In this document: positions 1-9,550 of the stretch, in pieces
How positions within the stretch are numbered: position 1 is the first letter of the stretch
Layout of the letters: each line of letters opens with the position of its first letter
Source: Thermoleophilia bacterium
GTDB taxonomy: Bacteria; Actinomycetota; Thermoleophilia; UBA2241
Direction of reading: 5' to 3'
Assembly: GCA_052139595.1 (NCBI GenBank)
Contig: JBKQWK010000018.1
Coordinates: 1 to 62,205, forward strand
DNA length: 62,205 bases
Translations under genes and position numbers: made by a program
Notes under the pieces: model-generated
Told to the model about the DNA's origin: nothing
Databases searched by the model: none
The model's input: the letters and a program-made list of their open reading frames with translations, nothing else

Positions 1-1186
1 CGGTCCGGTCAGCCTGCTGGCGCCCTTTCTTAACGCGCTCGCCTTGATCGATGTGCACTGCGGTGACTACGCTTCAGCAAGCGACCGCATCGACCAGTGC
101 CTCGCTCTCTGTGACCGTTTTGGCTTCGCACACATCCGGCGCGCCACACAGGGCACGCACGGGCTTAACCTCCTTGCGCTGGGGCAGCGAGATCTGGGTC
201 TCGCGCTCGTCGGGCAAGCCGCCTCTGACCCCGCCATCGAAGAGGATGCACTGTGCCTAGCCTCCGACCTCATCCGTCTGGGCACAGCGTGGCGGCGAGC
301 CGGCAATGTGCAGCAGGCGATCCACTTCTACGAATCCGTGCTCGCCATCGACAATGTTGCGGCGTTTCCCACAGTTCACCTCAACTGCCAGGTTAATCTT
401 GAGTACAGTCGCCGCCGTCTCGGCCAGAGCGCCGAGACGAGCGTCCTGGCCGAGATTGCGCAACGGGCCAGCGATATGAACCTGCAGTTCGTCAACCTGA
501 AATCACAGTTTTTCGCCGCCTGTCTCGACTATGCGTTCGGGTCACGGCGCAACGCCCTCGACGCGCTCCTCGAACTGACACCAATGCAGCTGCAACTCGG
601 GCACATCTCATTTCTGAGCAGCGAGCTGACGCTCCTGAATGAAATGACGTGTCGCCTGCTGGCAGCCGATTCGCGGCCGGAGGTCGTTGCCGGGTTGCTC
701 GATGCCTTGGCGCGACATTGGGACGCGCCGTCGATGTTGTCGCAAGCGACGCGCATCTCGGAGTTTGTCGGCGTCCGCGCCCTGAGTGCAGCCAGACTCC
801 ACCTCACACCGGAACAGCAGAGCGAACTGGCACATGGTAGCGCCCGAAGCCGGTTTCCTGGTGTGCGCCGCCTCGCCGCAGAGATGCTGCACAGCGATGC
901 ATTGGGCGACTCACCATCGCGACGCGAACAGTTCCCCGAGCTCACTCGTCGCGAACGCGAGATTCTCGGCCTCATCGCCAGCGGGCACTCGAACCGTGAG
1001 CTGGCCGGTCAGCTCTGCCTCTCGCCGGCCACGGTAAAAACGCACGTGAATCACATCTTTACAAAACTGGGAGTTCACGACAGAGTTCAAGCAGTGCTTC
1101 TGTTCCACAGTCGCATGAGTGCGGATGCGGCTCAGGCGAACGTAAATCGACCCACCACCAGCAGCAAAGATACAACCAGGGAATGA
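1..1186 (+). CDS. LuxR-family transcriptional regulator (C-terminal HTH); 5' end runs off the window
   Basis: ORF 44..1186 stays open in frame back to base 2. The C-terminus ELTRREREILGLIASGHSNRELAGQLCLSPATVKTHVNHIFTKLGV is a classic LuxR/FixJ HTH. The helical N-terminal part resembles large MalT/LuxR-type regulators. Confidence 0.8.
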   Translation, partial: GPVSLLAPFLNALALIDVHCGDYASASDRIDQCLALCDRFGFAHIRRATQGTHGLNLLALGQRDLGLALVGQAASDPAIEEDALCLASDLIRLGTAWRRAGNVQQAIHFYESVLAIDNVAAFPTVHLNCQVNLEYSRRRLGQSAETSVLAEIAQRASDMNLQFVNLKSQFFAACLDYAFGSRRNALDALLELTPMQLQLGHISFLSSELTLLNEMTCRLLAADSRPEVVAGLLDALARHWDAPSMLSQATRISEFVGVRALSAARLHLTPEQQSELAHGSARSRFPGVRRLAAEMLHSDALGDSPSRREQFPELTRREREILGLIASGHSNRELAGQLCLSPATVKTHVNHIFTKLGVHDRVQAVLLFHSRMSADAAQANVNRPTTSSKDTTRE

Positions 1187-1297
1187 TTCACAGCCGTCAC
1201 CCCTCCGCTAGCATCGCCATCAGGGAGTCAAACACCAGCAGAGGGGAAAGGTGGCATGGAAGCGTCAACATCGGTCATTTATGTCGAGTCGAACCAT

Positions 1298-2272
1298 ATG
1301 AGTCAGCGCAAACGCACGGTGATCGAGATCTTGCGCGAAAGTCCGGATTTCGTTTCCGGAGAGGTGATCAGCGACGTCCTCGGCATCTCGCGCAATGCCG
1401 TGCACAAACACGTCAAGTCGCTGAGGTATCGCGGCTATCGCATCCTTGGAATTTCGCATCGAGGCTACAAGCTCGAAGAAGAGCCCTGCCGCCTCGCCAT
1501 GCCAGTGGTCGCCAAGTTGACCAGCGAGAGCGCCTTTGGTCACCGGTTCAGATACTACGATGAGATCGAATCGACGAACAGCGAGGCGCGCAATCTCGCT
1601 GCCGAGGGAGCCCCCCAAGGCACCGTGGTGATCGCTGAGTGCCAATCCGCCGGCAAGGGAAGACTGGGCAGGCGCTGGACCTCGCCGGCCGGCAAAGGAC
1701 TGCTGCTCTCGGTCATCCTGCGGCCAAATCTGACCTTGAGTCAGGCTCACCTGCTCACGCTAGTGGCGGCCACAGCGGCGTGCGCCGGTATTGAACGGCA
1801 AACGAACATCCCCACGCGCATCAAGTGGCCCAATGATCTCTTCATCGAAAATAAGAAAGTCGGCGGCATTCTCCTAGAAACAGCCGGCGAGCGCGACGAG
1901 GTGGAGTGGATCGTCGTTGGCATCGGCATCAACGTCAACACCGAGTACAGCGAGCTGCCGGTCGCGCTGCGTCGGACGGCGGTTTCTCTCAAGATGGCCG
2001 GCGGTGCGCCCGTCGACCGTAGCGAGCTTCTGGCCAACGTGTTACTCAGCCTGGAAAGGGCATATGAAGACGCCGCCGCCAACGGTTTTGAGCGCGTCTT
2101 GCGCGAGTTCAGAGAGCGTGACTACCTGCTCAACAAGAGCGTGAGCGTGCAGACACGCGAAGGACCGGTCGTGGGTGCAGCAAGCGGCATTGACGAACAC
2201 GGTGCCCTGCTCGTAGAACTGCCCCACCGCCAAATTCGCCGTTTCCATTCAGGTGAAGTCAGTCTGCGTTAG
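1298..2272 (+). CDS. birA: Bifunctional biotin-[acetyl-CoA-carboxylase] ligase / biotin operon repressor
   Basis: N-terminal wHTH (RTVIEILRESPDFVSGEVISDVLGISRNAVHKHVKSLR). Biotin-ligase glycine-rich loop QSAGKGRLGRRWTSPAGKGL. ATG at 1298 taken as start inside ORF 1256..2272. Confidence 0.9.
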   Translation: MSQRKRTVIEILRESPDFVSGEVISDVLGISRNAVHKHVKSLRYRGYRILGISHRGYKLEEEPCRLAMPVVAKLTSESAFGHRFRYYDEIESTNSEARNLAAEGAPQGTVVIAECQSAGKGRLGRRWTSPAGKGLLLSVILRPNLTLSQAHLLTLVAATAACAGIERQTNIPTRIKWPNDLFIENKKVGGILLETAGERDEVEWIVVGIGINVNTEYSELPVALRRTAVSLKMAGGAPVDRSELLANVLLSLERAYEDAAANGFERVLREFRERDYLLNKSVSVQTREGPVVGAASGIDEHGALLVELPHRQIRRFHSGEVSLR

Positions 2273-2288
2273 CTGGTACCCGAGAAGA

Positions 2289-2339
2289 TACGAGCCGCAG
2301 CCGGCGGCTGTCGTTGACAGCCGCCGGCTGCGGCTCGTA
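2289..2339. repeat. Perfect 51-bp palindrome (24-bp arms, 3-nt spacer) between birA and bioY
   Basis: Read directly: tacgagccgcagccggcggctgtc-gtt-gacagccgccggctgcggctcgta. The arms are exact reverse complements. Confidence 0.95.
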
Positions 2340-2375
2340 CAGTGTGGTTCTGCTCCACCGCAAACAGGCTCGACC

Positions 2376-2927
2376 ATGTCTTCCCTCAGCGCACGACATC
2401 TCACCTACGCCGCCCTTTTCGCTGCACTGACAGCGGTGGGCGCCTTCATCTCCGTCCCCGTTGGCGCTGTGCCGTTTACGCTGCAGGTTGTCGTCGTGCT
2501 GCTCGCCGGCCTGCAGCTCGGCCCCTGGCTCGGCGCCCTCAGCATGTGCGCGTACCTCCTCGTCGGCATGGTCGCCCCCGTGTATGCCGGCGGAACGTCC
2601 GGCATAGGCGTCCTCTTCGGGCCAACCGGAGGCTACCTCTGGGGATTCGTCTTCGCTGCCTGGTCGGTGGGCTGGCTGCGTTCACGAATACGTGATCAGC
2701 GTTTACTGCCGACGGTCGCCATATCTTTGGCGGGCCTGCTGCCAATCTACGCCCTGGGAACACTGTGGTTGGCCACGCAGCAGCATATTGGCTGGTATGC
2801 GGCAATCGGCGTCGGCGTCGCTCCCTTCGTACTCTTCGACGCCGTCAAAACGCTGGTCGCTGCGCTCGCGGCGCGAGCGTTGACTAGCCTGCCTCTGGGT
2901 CTTCGCGAAGTGCTGCGACCCCGCTGA
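2376..2927 (+). CDS. bioY: BioY biotin transporter S-component
   Basis: Multi-TM protein with PFTLQ and GPTGGYLWGF motifs typical of BioY, directly downstream of birA. ATG at 2376 chosen; the ORF-track N-terminal extension spans the palindrome. Confidence 0.85.
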   Translation: MSSLSARHLTYAALFAALTAVGAFISVPVGAVPFTLQVVVVLLAGLQLGPWLGALSMCAYLLVGMVAPVYAGGTSGIGVLFGPTGGYLWGFVFAAWSVGWLRSRIRDQRLLPTVAISLAGLLPIYALGTLWLATQQHIGWYAAIGVGVAPFVLFDAVKTLVAALAARALTSLPLGLREVLRPR

Positions 2928-4314
2928 GGTCGGCCAGCGCATCGCCGCGTAAACGCAAGTTGATCCGTCCCCGCTGGTACTCATCCATGAAATCGGTCGA
3001 CGTACCGTCGCGATAAGCAAGATCTTTGTCACGTAGCACGCCAGCGAGCACCTCGACGTACCGGCTATCGAGCGTCTTGCCGGCGAGCCCACGCAACTCC
3101 TTGAGCGCCTCAAAGGAGCTGAGCGCATCGTGGTACGGCCGGTTAGAGGTCATGGCGTGGTACGTGTCGGCCACGGCAAGGATCTTGCTCATCTCGGGAA
3201 TCTCGTCGCCACTCACACCGTCAGGGTAGCCGCTGCCGTCCAGACGCTCATGATGGTAGCGCACGATCTGGGCGACATCCTGATAGGCGGCCAGATGCGA
3301 AAGAACCTCGGCCCCCTTGGCAGGATGCTGACGTATGAACGCCCACTCCTCCTCGTCGAGGGGACCGTCCTTGCGCAGAATGGCGTCGGGAGTACCAACC
3401 TTGCCGAGGTCGTGCAGAAGCCCGGCGAGATGCAGCGCCTCGGTGTCGGCTTCGGGCAATCCGATCGCCACGGCAATATCACGACAGTACATGGCCACGG
3501 CAGCAGAGTGACTGGCCGTGTACTCATCCTTGCTGTCGAGCAGCACCACCATCGCCGCGGCCAGACCAATGTTCATCTCAAGGTACTGGTCGGAGAGCTG
3601 CTTCTGCTTGGTCACAAGACGTCGCTCACGGAGCAGAAGCTTGAACATGTACTGACTGGCAAAGAGAGGCACAAACAGTAGAACAACGGCGACCATGCCG
3701 GACGTGGCCAAGAGAGCGGCCACCGTGAGTCCAAGCGCAGTCAGGATCGCCAGGGAGCGCAAGAACGGCAGGCTCTCCTCCCGCCAAAACTGCGTCATCG
3801 GCCGGCCATACTTCACCCGACCGCCAAGGCTGACAAGCATCGTGTTGGAAACCACTTGAAAGAGGTTGGCCAAGGCGCCAGCTACCAACAACTCCAACGT
3901 GATCTGATGCAGATTAAAAGAAAGGCTGCCGTGCAAGGAAACGAAAACAACCGCACCGAGAAAAGTCGCGATGACGTAATTCGTCACGTTGAAGGCCACC
4001 ACGAAGAGAGAACTCTCGCGCCAGCACCCCCAAACACCGACAACCGCAGCAATTGCCATCGCCGGCACGGGACCGAGGAACATGATCCCGAGCAGGATAG
4101 GCAGATTGCTGGCAGCCAGCGTCGTCACTGAGGAGAGCTCGACGGCTAGCTCTTCGCCAATGATGGCGAGAAATGCGAGGAGCCCAACTTCCCAAAGTTG
4201 CGCGACAGTCGGCGACGCAAACCGGAACACCGTCAGCGAACAGACAACAAGTCCGGTCGAAACGGCAACCGCCGTTCCGACCAGAAACTTGAACTGCTGT
4301 CCCTCACCTACCAA
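2884..4314 (-). CDS. Membrane-anchored HD-GYP domain phosphohydrolase (probable c-di-GMP phosphodiesterase)
   Basis: About 7 N-terminal TM helices, then an HD domain (HLAGLLHDLGK) and HHERLDGSGYPDG. Confidence 0.85.
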   Translation of the reverse strand: MVGEGQQFKFLVGTAVAVSTGLVVCSLTVFRFASPTVAQLWEVGLLAFLAIIGEELAVELSSVTTLAASNLPILLGIMFLGPVPAMAIAAVVGVWGCWRESSLFVVAFNVTNYVIATFLGAVVFVSLHGSLSFNLHQITLELLVAGALANLFQVVSNTMLVSLGGRVKYGRPMTQFWREESLPFLRSLAILTALGLTVAALLATSGMVAVVLLFVPLFASQYMFKLLLRERRLVTKQKQLSDQYLEMNIGLAAAMVVLLDSKDEYTASHSAAVAMYCRDIAVAIGLPEADTEALHLAGLLHDLGKVGTPDAILRKDGPLDEEEWAFIRQHPAKGAEVLSHLAAYQDVAQIVRYHHERLDGSGYPDGVSGDEIPEMSKILAVADTYHAMTSNRPYHDALSSFEALKELRGLAGKTLDSRYVEVLAGVLRDKDLAYRDGTSTDFMDEYQRGRINLRLRGDALADLSGVAALREDPEAG

Positions 4315-4706
4315 GAATTACCTCTGGTCGCCACTAACAACTACTGTCGGCAAAAGCGGCGACGAGTTGAGCGAATTCTTGGCGCTAACCGGATGCCTAG
4401 TGAATCTTGCTGCTGCCGCCCGCAGTGACGAAAGCGAAGACCAAAGAGGAGAGGATTGAGCTGACCTTCTTCATGGTGCTTTATCCTAGTGAAGTTTGTA
4501 ATAGCTGCGAATCATGGTTCCCCCTAAAGGTTGGCCGCCAACCTGCCGATAACTAGTGGTTGACGATTCGACTGCCGTCATGCTAATCGAGGCACAGCAG
4601 GCTCGCTCGACTTTTCCTTAGGACAAAGCGATCAACCTTTGCCGATCATATTGCCTAATTGGACAACACTTCTTCAAGGTAGGCTACACTTTCTCATCCT
4701 GATAGT

Positions 4707-5957
4707 GTGTGCTTGCCTTGGGAACTCGACCGGAGGGTGGCGGTGGAAGTAGACGCGGGCACGGCAGCCAAGCCTGCGCTGGGAGCGAATTTCGCTCTGC
4801 TCTGGGGAGGACAGTTCGTTTCACAGATGGGCGACCGCCTGGCGATGGTTGCCTTCCCGTGGCTGATCTACGGCAGCACGAAATCGGCATTTGGCACTGG
4901 CGTCGCCCTGGCCCTCTATACGCTGCCCTACGTATTTTTCGGGACCATTGCCGGGGTGGCCATCGATCGCTTCAACAAACGCTGGGTCATGATCATCTCC
5001 GACCTGACCCGTGCTGTTCTCGTTCTCGCCGTGCCGTTCGCCGCCACGCACTCGTTGCCACTCGTGTACGGGCTCGGCTTTCTGATCGCCAGCATCGGCG
5101 TATTCTTCGAGCCATGCAAACTTGCTGTGCTGCCTGATCTCGTCCCGAATCAGCTGCTCATGCGCGCCAACTCTCTCCTCTCGATGGCGGAAACGTTCAC
5201 CGAGGTTGTTGGCTACGCGGTCGGCGGCTTTGTCGCCTACTATTTCAGTACTCGTATGACGTTCGGCATCGACGCCATCACCTTCGCCGCGTCGGCCGCG
5301 GCCTTGCTCGTCATGCGCTACGCTCCTCCATCTAAGCAGGTGGCGAGCGTGGTTGCAGTCGGCCTGCGAGGCGAGATTCGCGAGGGCGTCGGCTTCATTC
5401 GCGACAATCGGCCGATGCTCGTAAACACCGTACTCGTGCTTTTCGCGGCCGCCGGCTTGGGCGCCTGTTCGCCGCTCAGTTTCTTGTTTGCCGTGCGCGT
5501 AATCGGCGGTGGCGTCAGGACATTCGGCTTCTTCGAGGCGGCCATCGGCGCTGGCTTTCTCTGCGGATCGCTCGTTATGGCCGCACTATCCGCCCAAGTG
5601 CGGATTGGCCCTGCGACCACTTTCGGTCTCGCCGCAATGGGTATCGCCCTTGTCGCCGTGGCGCTGGCGCACTCCATGACCGTGGCGCTGGTGCCCTTTT
5701 TCATCGCCGGCACGGCGAACGCGGTGGCCATGATTTCGATCGATACCTTTTTCCAGCAGACGATCCCCGAGCACTTGCGCGGTCGGGTCTGGGGCGTGCG
5801 ATTCACGTTGACGCAGACAGTACTTGCGCTGTCGATACTCGCTGGTGCCGCTGCCGCCAGCCTGTTCTCTCTGCGACTACTGTTCGTCGTCGCCGGGGCC
5901 ATCATCGCATTACCTGGCCTGGCTGGTCTGCTGATCCCGCGCCTACGCTCAAGCTAG
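4707..5957 (+). CDS. MFS transporter
   Basis: About 12 predicted TM segments. GDRLAMVAFPWL and the DRFNKRWVM loop are typical of enterobactin-exporter-like MFS proteins. Start codon uncertain. Confidence 0.75.
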   Translation: MCLPWELDRRVAVEVDAGTAAKPALGANFALLWGGQFVSQMGDRLAMVAFPWLIYGSTKSAFGTGVALALYTLPYVFFGTIAGVAIDRFNKRWVMIISDLTRAVLVLAVPFAATHSLPLVYGLGFLIASIGVFFEPCKLAVLPDLVPNQLLMRANSLLSMAETFTEVVGYAVGGFVAYYFSTRMTFGIDAITFAASAAALLVMRYAPPSKQVASVVAVGLRGEIREGVGFIRDNRPMLVNTVLVLFAAAGLGACSPLSFLFAVRVIGGGVRTFGFFEAAIGAGFLCGSLVMAALSAQVRIGPATTFGLAAMGIALVAVALAHSMTVALVPFFIAGTANAVAMISIDTFFQQTIPEHLRGRVWGVRFTLTQTVLALSILAGAAAASLFSLRLLFVVAGAIIALPGLAGLLIPRLRSS

Positions 5958-6063
5958 AGATCAAAGATGGAAAAGGGCAGCAAGCGCCGCCGCCGACAGG
6001 ATGGCCGCGCGGGTGTGGTCTGAAGCACGCGAACATCTGGTGAATTTGACTGTTTTTGCGCTC

Positions 6064-7380
6064 TCAATCCTGTTCAGGCGGGCAGCTGGCTAGGGGGGCG
6101 GACCGCACATCTTCGATTCTCGCCTCGAGTTCAACAACCCTGTCGTCAGCGGCGACGCTGCCAGCGACCCTCACGCGCTTCCACTCACGATTCAGGACCG
6201 ACGCGCCGGCGGCCAGACCGATCAGGGCGAGCACACCGCCAAGACTGATCGTGTAGCCGCCGATGAGGCTGTAGAGCAGCGGCGAGACGAGAGTGCCGAT
6301 CAGCGCCGCCAACTGTGCCGCCGAACTCTCCAACCCCTGTACCGCCCCGATCCAGCGCGGCGGACTCACCTGCACGAGAAAGGCCTGCTTCGCGGGATAG
6401 GACCAGGCAACCGCCAGGCCCTCGAGAGCGTTGACGATGATAAACAGCCAGAGGTTGTGGGTCGTGCCATAGATGATCCAGGCGCCGGCCGAGAGCGCAT
6501 AACCGGAGAACATCAACCAGAAGCGATTGCCGCGATCGGCGATCGAGCCGCCGACGAACGAGAGCAGCATCGGCAGACTGAAGACAATCCAGGTAGCACT
6601 GATGTAGGTCATCGTGGCGCCGAGGTGCTGCAGCCACAGACTCCACAAAACCTCAAAGCTGCCCATGGCGAAGTTGCTCGTTGCGGCGATGATGACGAAG
6701 ATGGCCACGGGGCGCGAAACCAAGCTGCGTAGGGCCGGTCGCTCGGCCTTCTCGGCCCGTCGCTGCGCCGTGTGCGCCGGCTCCTTGATCGTGACCATGA
6801 GAACCACCGCAGTGACAGCGGAAAGCGCACTTCCGAAGAGGAAGATCGTGTAGAAGGCCCACTTGCCCTGCCCGCCGCCGAGAGCATAGAGCGGCGGCGC
6901 CAGGGCGGGACCGACGACAAGGCCGCCGAACTGGGCCGTCGTTAGCCAGCCGTACGCGCGACTGCGCGTCCGGTTGTCGCTAATGTCGGCGATGAACGCC
7001 TGGCTGGCCGGCCCCACAGCGGCCGCGCCAACACCTTCGAGCAGGCGAAAGACGGTAAACCAGGCCGCGTGAGTCGTGGTCACGAAGAGCAGTGTGGAAA
7101 TGGCGTAGAGCCAGACCCCGATGACAATGATCGGCTTGCGCCCGACGGTGTCGCTGGCCCGGCCAAGAAGAGCGGAAAAAGCAAACGTGCCGACGTAGTA
7201 GGCGGCAGCGATGACGCCGATCAGCCACATCGAACTGTGTGCTTCTTCCCTGAGGAAGATGGGCAGGTAGGGCAGGATCGCGCCAAAACCAGACCAAGCG
7301 ACAAAGCTCGCGACGCAGACGACGAACAGCTGCACCCTCGTACGCCGCTCGATCGCGGGGATGGGCAACGTATTGTTCAT
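6064..7380 (-). CDS. MFS transporter
   Basis: 12-TM profile with MFS signature loop GRASDTVGRKP. Start set at the ATG giving MNNTLPIPAIERR (7380). Confidence 0.75.
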   Translation of the reverse strand: MNNTLPIPAIERRTRVQLFVVCVASFVAWSGFGAILPYLPIFLREEAHSSMWLIGVIAAAYYVGTFAFSALLGRASDTVGRKPIIVIGVWLYAISTLLFVTTTHAAWFTVFRLLEGVGAAAVGPASQAFIADISDNRTRSRAYGWLTTAQFGGLVVGPALAPPLYALGGGQGKWAFYTIFLFGSALSAVTAVVLMVTIKEPAHTAQRRAEKAERPALRSLVSRPVAIFVIIAATSNFAMGSFEVLWSLWLQHLGATMTYISATWIVFSLPMLLSFVGGSIADRGNRFWLMFSGYALSAGAWIIYGTTHNLWLFIIVNALEGLAVAWSYPAKQAFLVQVSPPRWIGAVQGLESSAAQLAALIGTLVSPLLYSLIGGYTISLGGVLALIGLAAGASVLNREWKRVRVAGSVAADDRVVELEARIEDVRSAPLASCPPEQD

Positions 7381-7625
7381 CAACGGTGGGCTCAAGAGTG
7401 CACTCGCTGTCGTCAACCGCGGCCGGGCTAGCGGTTGGCCAAGGGTATCACGACCGTGCGACGGCCAATAGGTACGTGCCGTCTGTCGGCGAGCAGGCGC
7501 CAAGCATCACCGAACGAAAGTTCGCCGTCTGTCATGAATGCGTGCGGCTGCCGTACCGTTCGACTCAGACGATGTGCGACGTGCGAGACGGCGGCCGGCG
7601 CCGGCGGCGCGGCGCGCAGCGCCGG

Positions 7626-8705
7626 CTAGAAGCGCCGCACCTCCCGATAGAGCGTGTCACGCTGCACCGGTTCACGACCGGCGGCGCGGATCACACGCAC
7701 CATCTGTTCAACGTCGGCGAAGTTGGTCACTCCGGCGGCGCGCACCACATTCTCTTCGATCATCGTCGACCCCAAGTCATTGGCGCCGAAGGCAAGCGCC
7801 ACCTGACCGAGCTTGAGCCCCTGCGTTACCCACGAAGCTTGAACGCTGGGGAAATTGTCGAGGTAGATGCGACTTACCGCCAGCAAGCGCAGGTAGTCCA
7901 TGCCGGTGGCCGGCACATGACCTGTCTGCATGGCCGTGTGACCGGCTTGAAACGTCCAGGGGATGAACGCCGTGAAGCCGCCTGTCTCATCCTGCAAGTT
8001 GCGCAAACGGCGCAGGTGTTCGATGCGCTCGGCCGGCGTGTCGAGCGAGGCGAACATCATCGTCGCCGTCGTCGGCATGCCAAGGCTGTGCGCTTGCCGC
8101 ATTACGTCAAGCCACACGTCGGTGGAGATCTTGTGCGGGCTAATAGCAGTGCGCACGCGGTCAGCGAGCACCTCTGCCCCGCCGCCGGGCAACGAGTCCA
8201 AGCCGGCTGCTTGCAGACGCCGCAGGGTCTCGACGGTGCTCAGGTCGCTGACTTCGGCGATGTGTGCCACCTCGGGCGGCGAGAGCGAATGATTGTGTAC
8301 GGGATAGCGCTGCTTGATACCGCGAAAGAGATGCTCGTAGTAGTCGATGTGCAAGCCGGGATGCAAGCCACCTTGCATCATCACTGCCGTGCCGCCGAGC
8401 TCGAGCGTCTCCTTAATCTTGACGTAGATGTCGTCGTCTGAGAGCAGGTAGCCTTCGCCGCTGGCCGGAGTTTTGTAGAAAGCGCAGAACTTGCAGCCCG
8501 AGATGCAGTAGTTGGTGTAGTTGATGTTGCGATCAACGATGAAAGTAACGTCGTTAACCGGCCAGTGGCGGCGACGCTCGTCGTCGGCGCGGCGGCCCAG
8601 ATCGAGCAGGTCAGCGCCGAGCAGCAGATCCAGTGCCTCCTGGTCGCCGAGCCGTGGACGACGCAACGGCGCTGGAGCAGAGCACAGCTTGTCGCCATGA
8701 CTCAT
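7626..8705 (-). CDS. Radical SAM enzyme of the MqnC/MqnE (CofH-like) family, futalosine menaquinone pathway
   Basis: CISGCKFCAF radical-SAM cluster motif, GGGAEV motif, and mqn/ubi gene context. MqnC and MqnE cannot be told apart by eye. Confidence 0.8.
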   Translation of the reverse strand: MSHGDKLCSAPAPLRRPRLGDQEALDLLLGADLLDLGRRADDERRRHWPVNDVTFIVDRNINYTNYCISGCKFCAFYKTPASGEGYLLSDDDIYVKIKETLELGGTAVMMQGGLHPGLHIDYYEHLFRGIKQRYPVHNHSLSPPEVAHIAEVSDLSTVETLRRLQAAGLDSLPGGGAEVLADRVRTAISPHKISTDVWLDVMRQAHSLGMPTTATMMFASLDTPAERIEHLRRLRNLQDETGGFTAFIPWTFQAGHTAMQTGHVPATGMDYLRLLAVSRIYLDNFPSVQASWVTQGLKLGQVALAFGANDLGSTMIEENVVRAAGVTNFADVEQMVRVIRAAGREPVQRDTLYREVRRF

Positions 8706-9550
8706 GGCGCGTCCAGCCCGTCGTTCAGACGAGGCACGGCATCGAGTTCGCCGATGGCAGCGGCGCGACGGTAGAACTCAAGAAGCCCCCGCCGGTACTC
8801 CGCCGTGAAGCCGAACTTGAGCTTGTCGAAATACTCCTCCAGGTAGGCGGCGCTGAAGTCGTAGAACTGCGCCGCCGCCGCCGCGGTCTCGCCTGGGCGA
8901 GCGGCACAGCGGTCACGCGAAGCCATGAGCGCCGCTTCAATCGCCCGCGCTTCATCCGGCCGCCGGTCGACAAAGGTTCGACGGGCAGCGCAGACCGCAT
9001 AGACCATCGGCAGTCCAGTGACAAGACGCCATTCCTCACCAAGATCGTACTGGTGCGGGTAGACGCCATCGCGCAGAATGTGCAGCGCCTCATCGCCAAT
9101 GAGCAGGAGGCCGCCAAAGTTGGCCAGCGTTTGCGCGAGAGGTCCTTGGCGCAGCGCAAACGAGGGCGCCAGATCCCACTCACGACAGAGCACCTTGAGC
9201 AGGCAGACCGTCGACGCACTCTTCTCGGTCAGCGCCACGCTGCCGAGCTGCTCACGCGACATCTGCGTGAACAGCTGGATCGAGTCGACGGCGCCGAACG
9301 AGCTGATGGAGATGCCCGGCAGGAGCGTGAGTTGCTCGGCATGGCGAGCGAACTCGATGGACGACGGTAGAGCCACGTCAATTTCGCCGTCAACGAGCAG
9401 GCGATTGAGTTGCGCCGGCGTACCGTCGACGATATCCGCCGCGAAACCAAGGCGAGCCAGCTCCTCCTCGAAGTGAGAGTACAGGGGAAAGCAGTTGACA
9501 AACTCGATGCGGCCCACTCGCGGGCGGGCCGCACGCCTATCCGTGCTCAC
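8702..9550 (-). CDS. MqnA/MqnD-family menaquinone biosynthesis protein (periplasmic-binding-like fold)
   Basis: RIEFVNCFPLY N-terminus and a length of ~280 aa. It is flanked by the two Mqn radical-SAM genes with 4-nt overlaps. Confidence 0.7.
   Translation of the reverse strand: MSTDRRAARPRVGRIEFVNCFPLYSHFEEELARLGFAADIVDGTPAQLNRLLVDGEIDVALPSSIEFARHAEQLTLLPGISISSFGAVDSIQLFTQMSREQLGSVALTEKSASTVCLLKVLCREWDLAPSFALRQGPLAQTLANFGGLLLIGDEALHILRDGVYPHQYDLGEEWRLVTGLPMVYAVCAARRTFVDRRPDEARAIEAALMASRDRCAARPGETAAAAAQFYDFSAAYLEEYFDKLKFGFTAEYRRGLLEFYRRAAAIGELDAVPRLNDGLDAP

Noticed and set aside
2253-2375. N-terminal extension of bioY in the ORF track. The same applies to the extensions of 6064..7503, 12592..13278, 16743..17747, 19702..20763, 26348..27502, 32659..34035 and 53763..57428.
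   Set aside because: The extensions overlap upstream genes or the palindrome, are Arg/Pro-rich, and precede an ATG that begins the conserved part of the family. Internal starts were used instead.
7386-8441. Long plus-strand ORF (351 aa) antisense to the Mqn radical-SAM gene. The same pattern applies to 9787..10719, 12625..13290, 20973..21656, 23711..24952, 25595..26269, 32737..33702, 40059..41336, 43304..44494 and 54945..56297.
   Set aside because: Each lies entirely opposite a gene with unmistakable family motifs. Their translations are Arg/Gly/His/Val-rich with no recognisable motif. Such shadow ORFs are expected in high-GC DNA.
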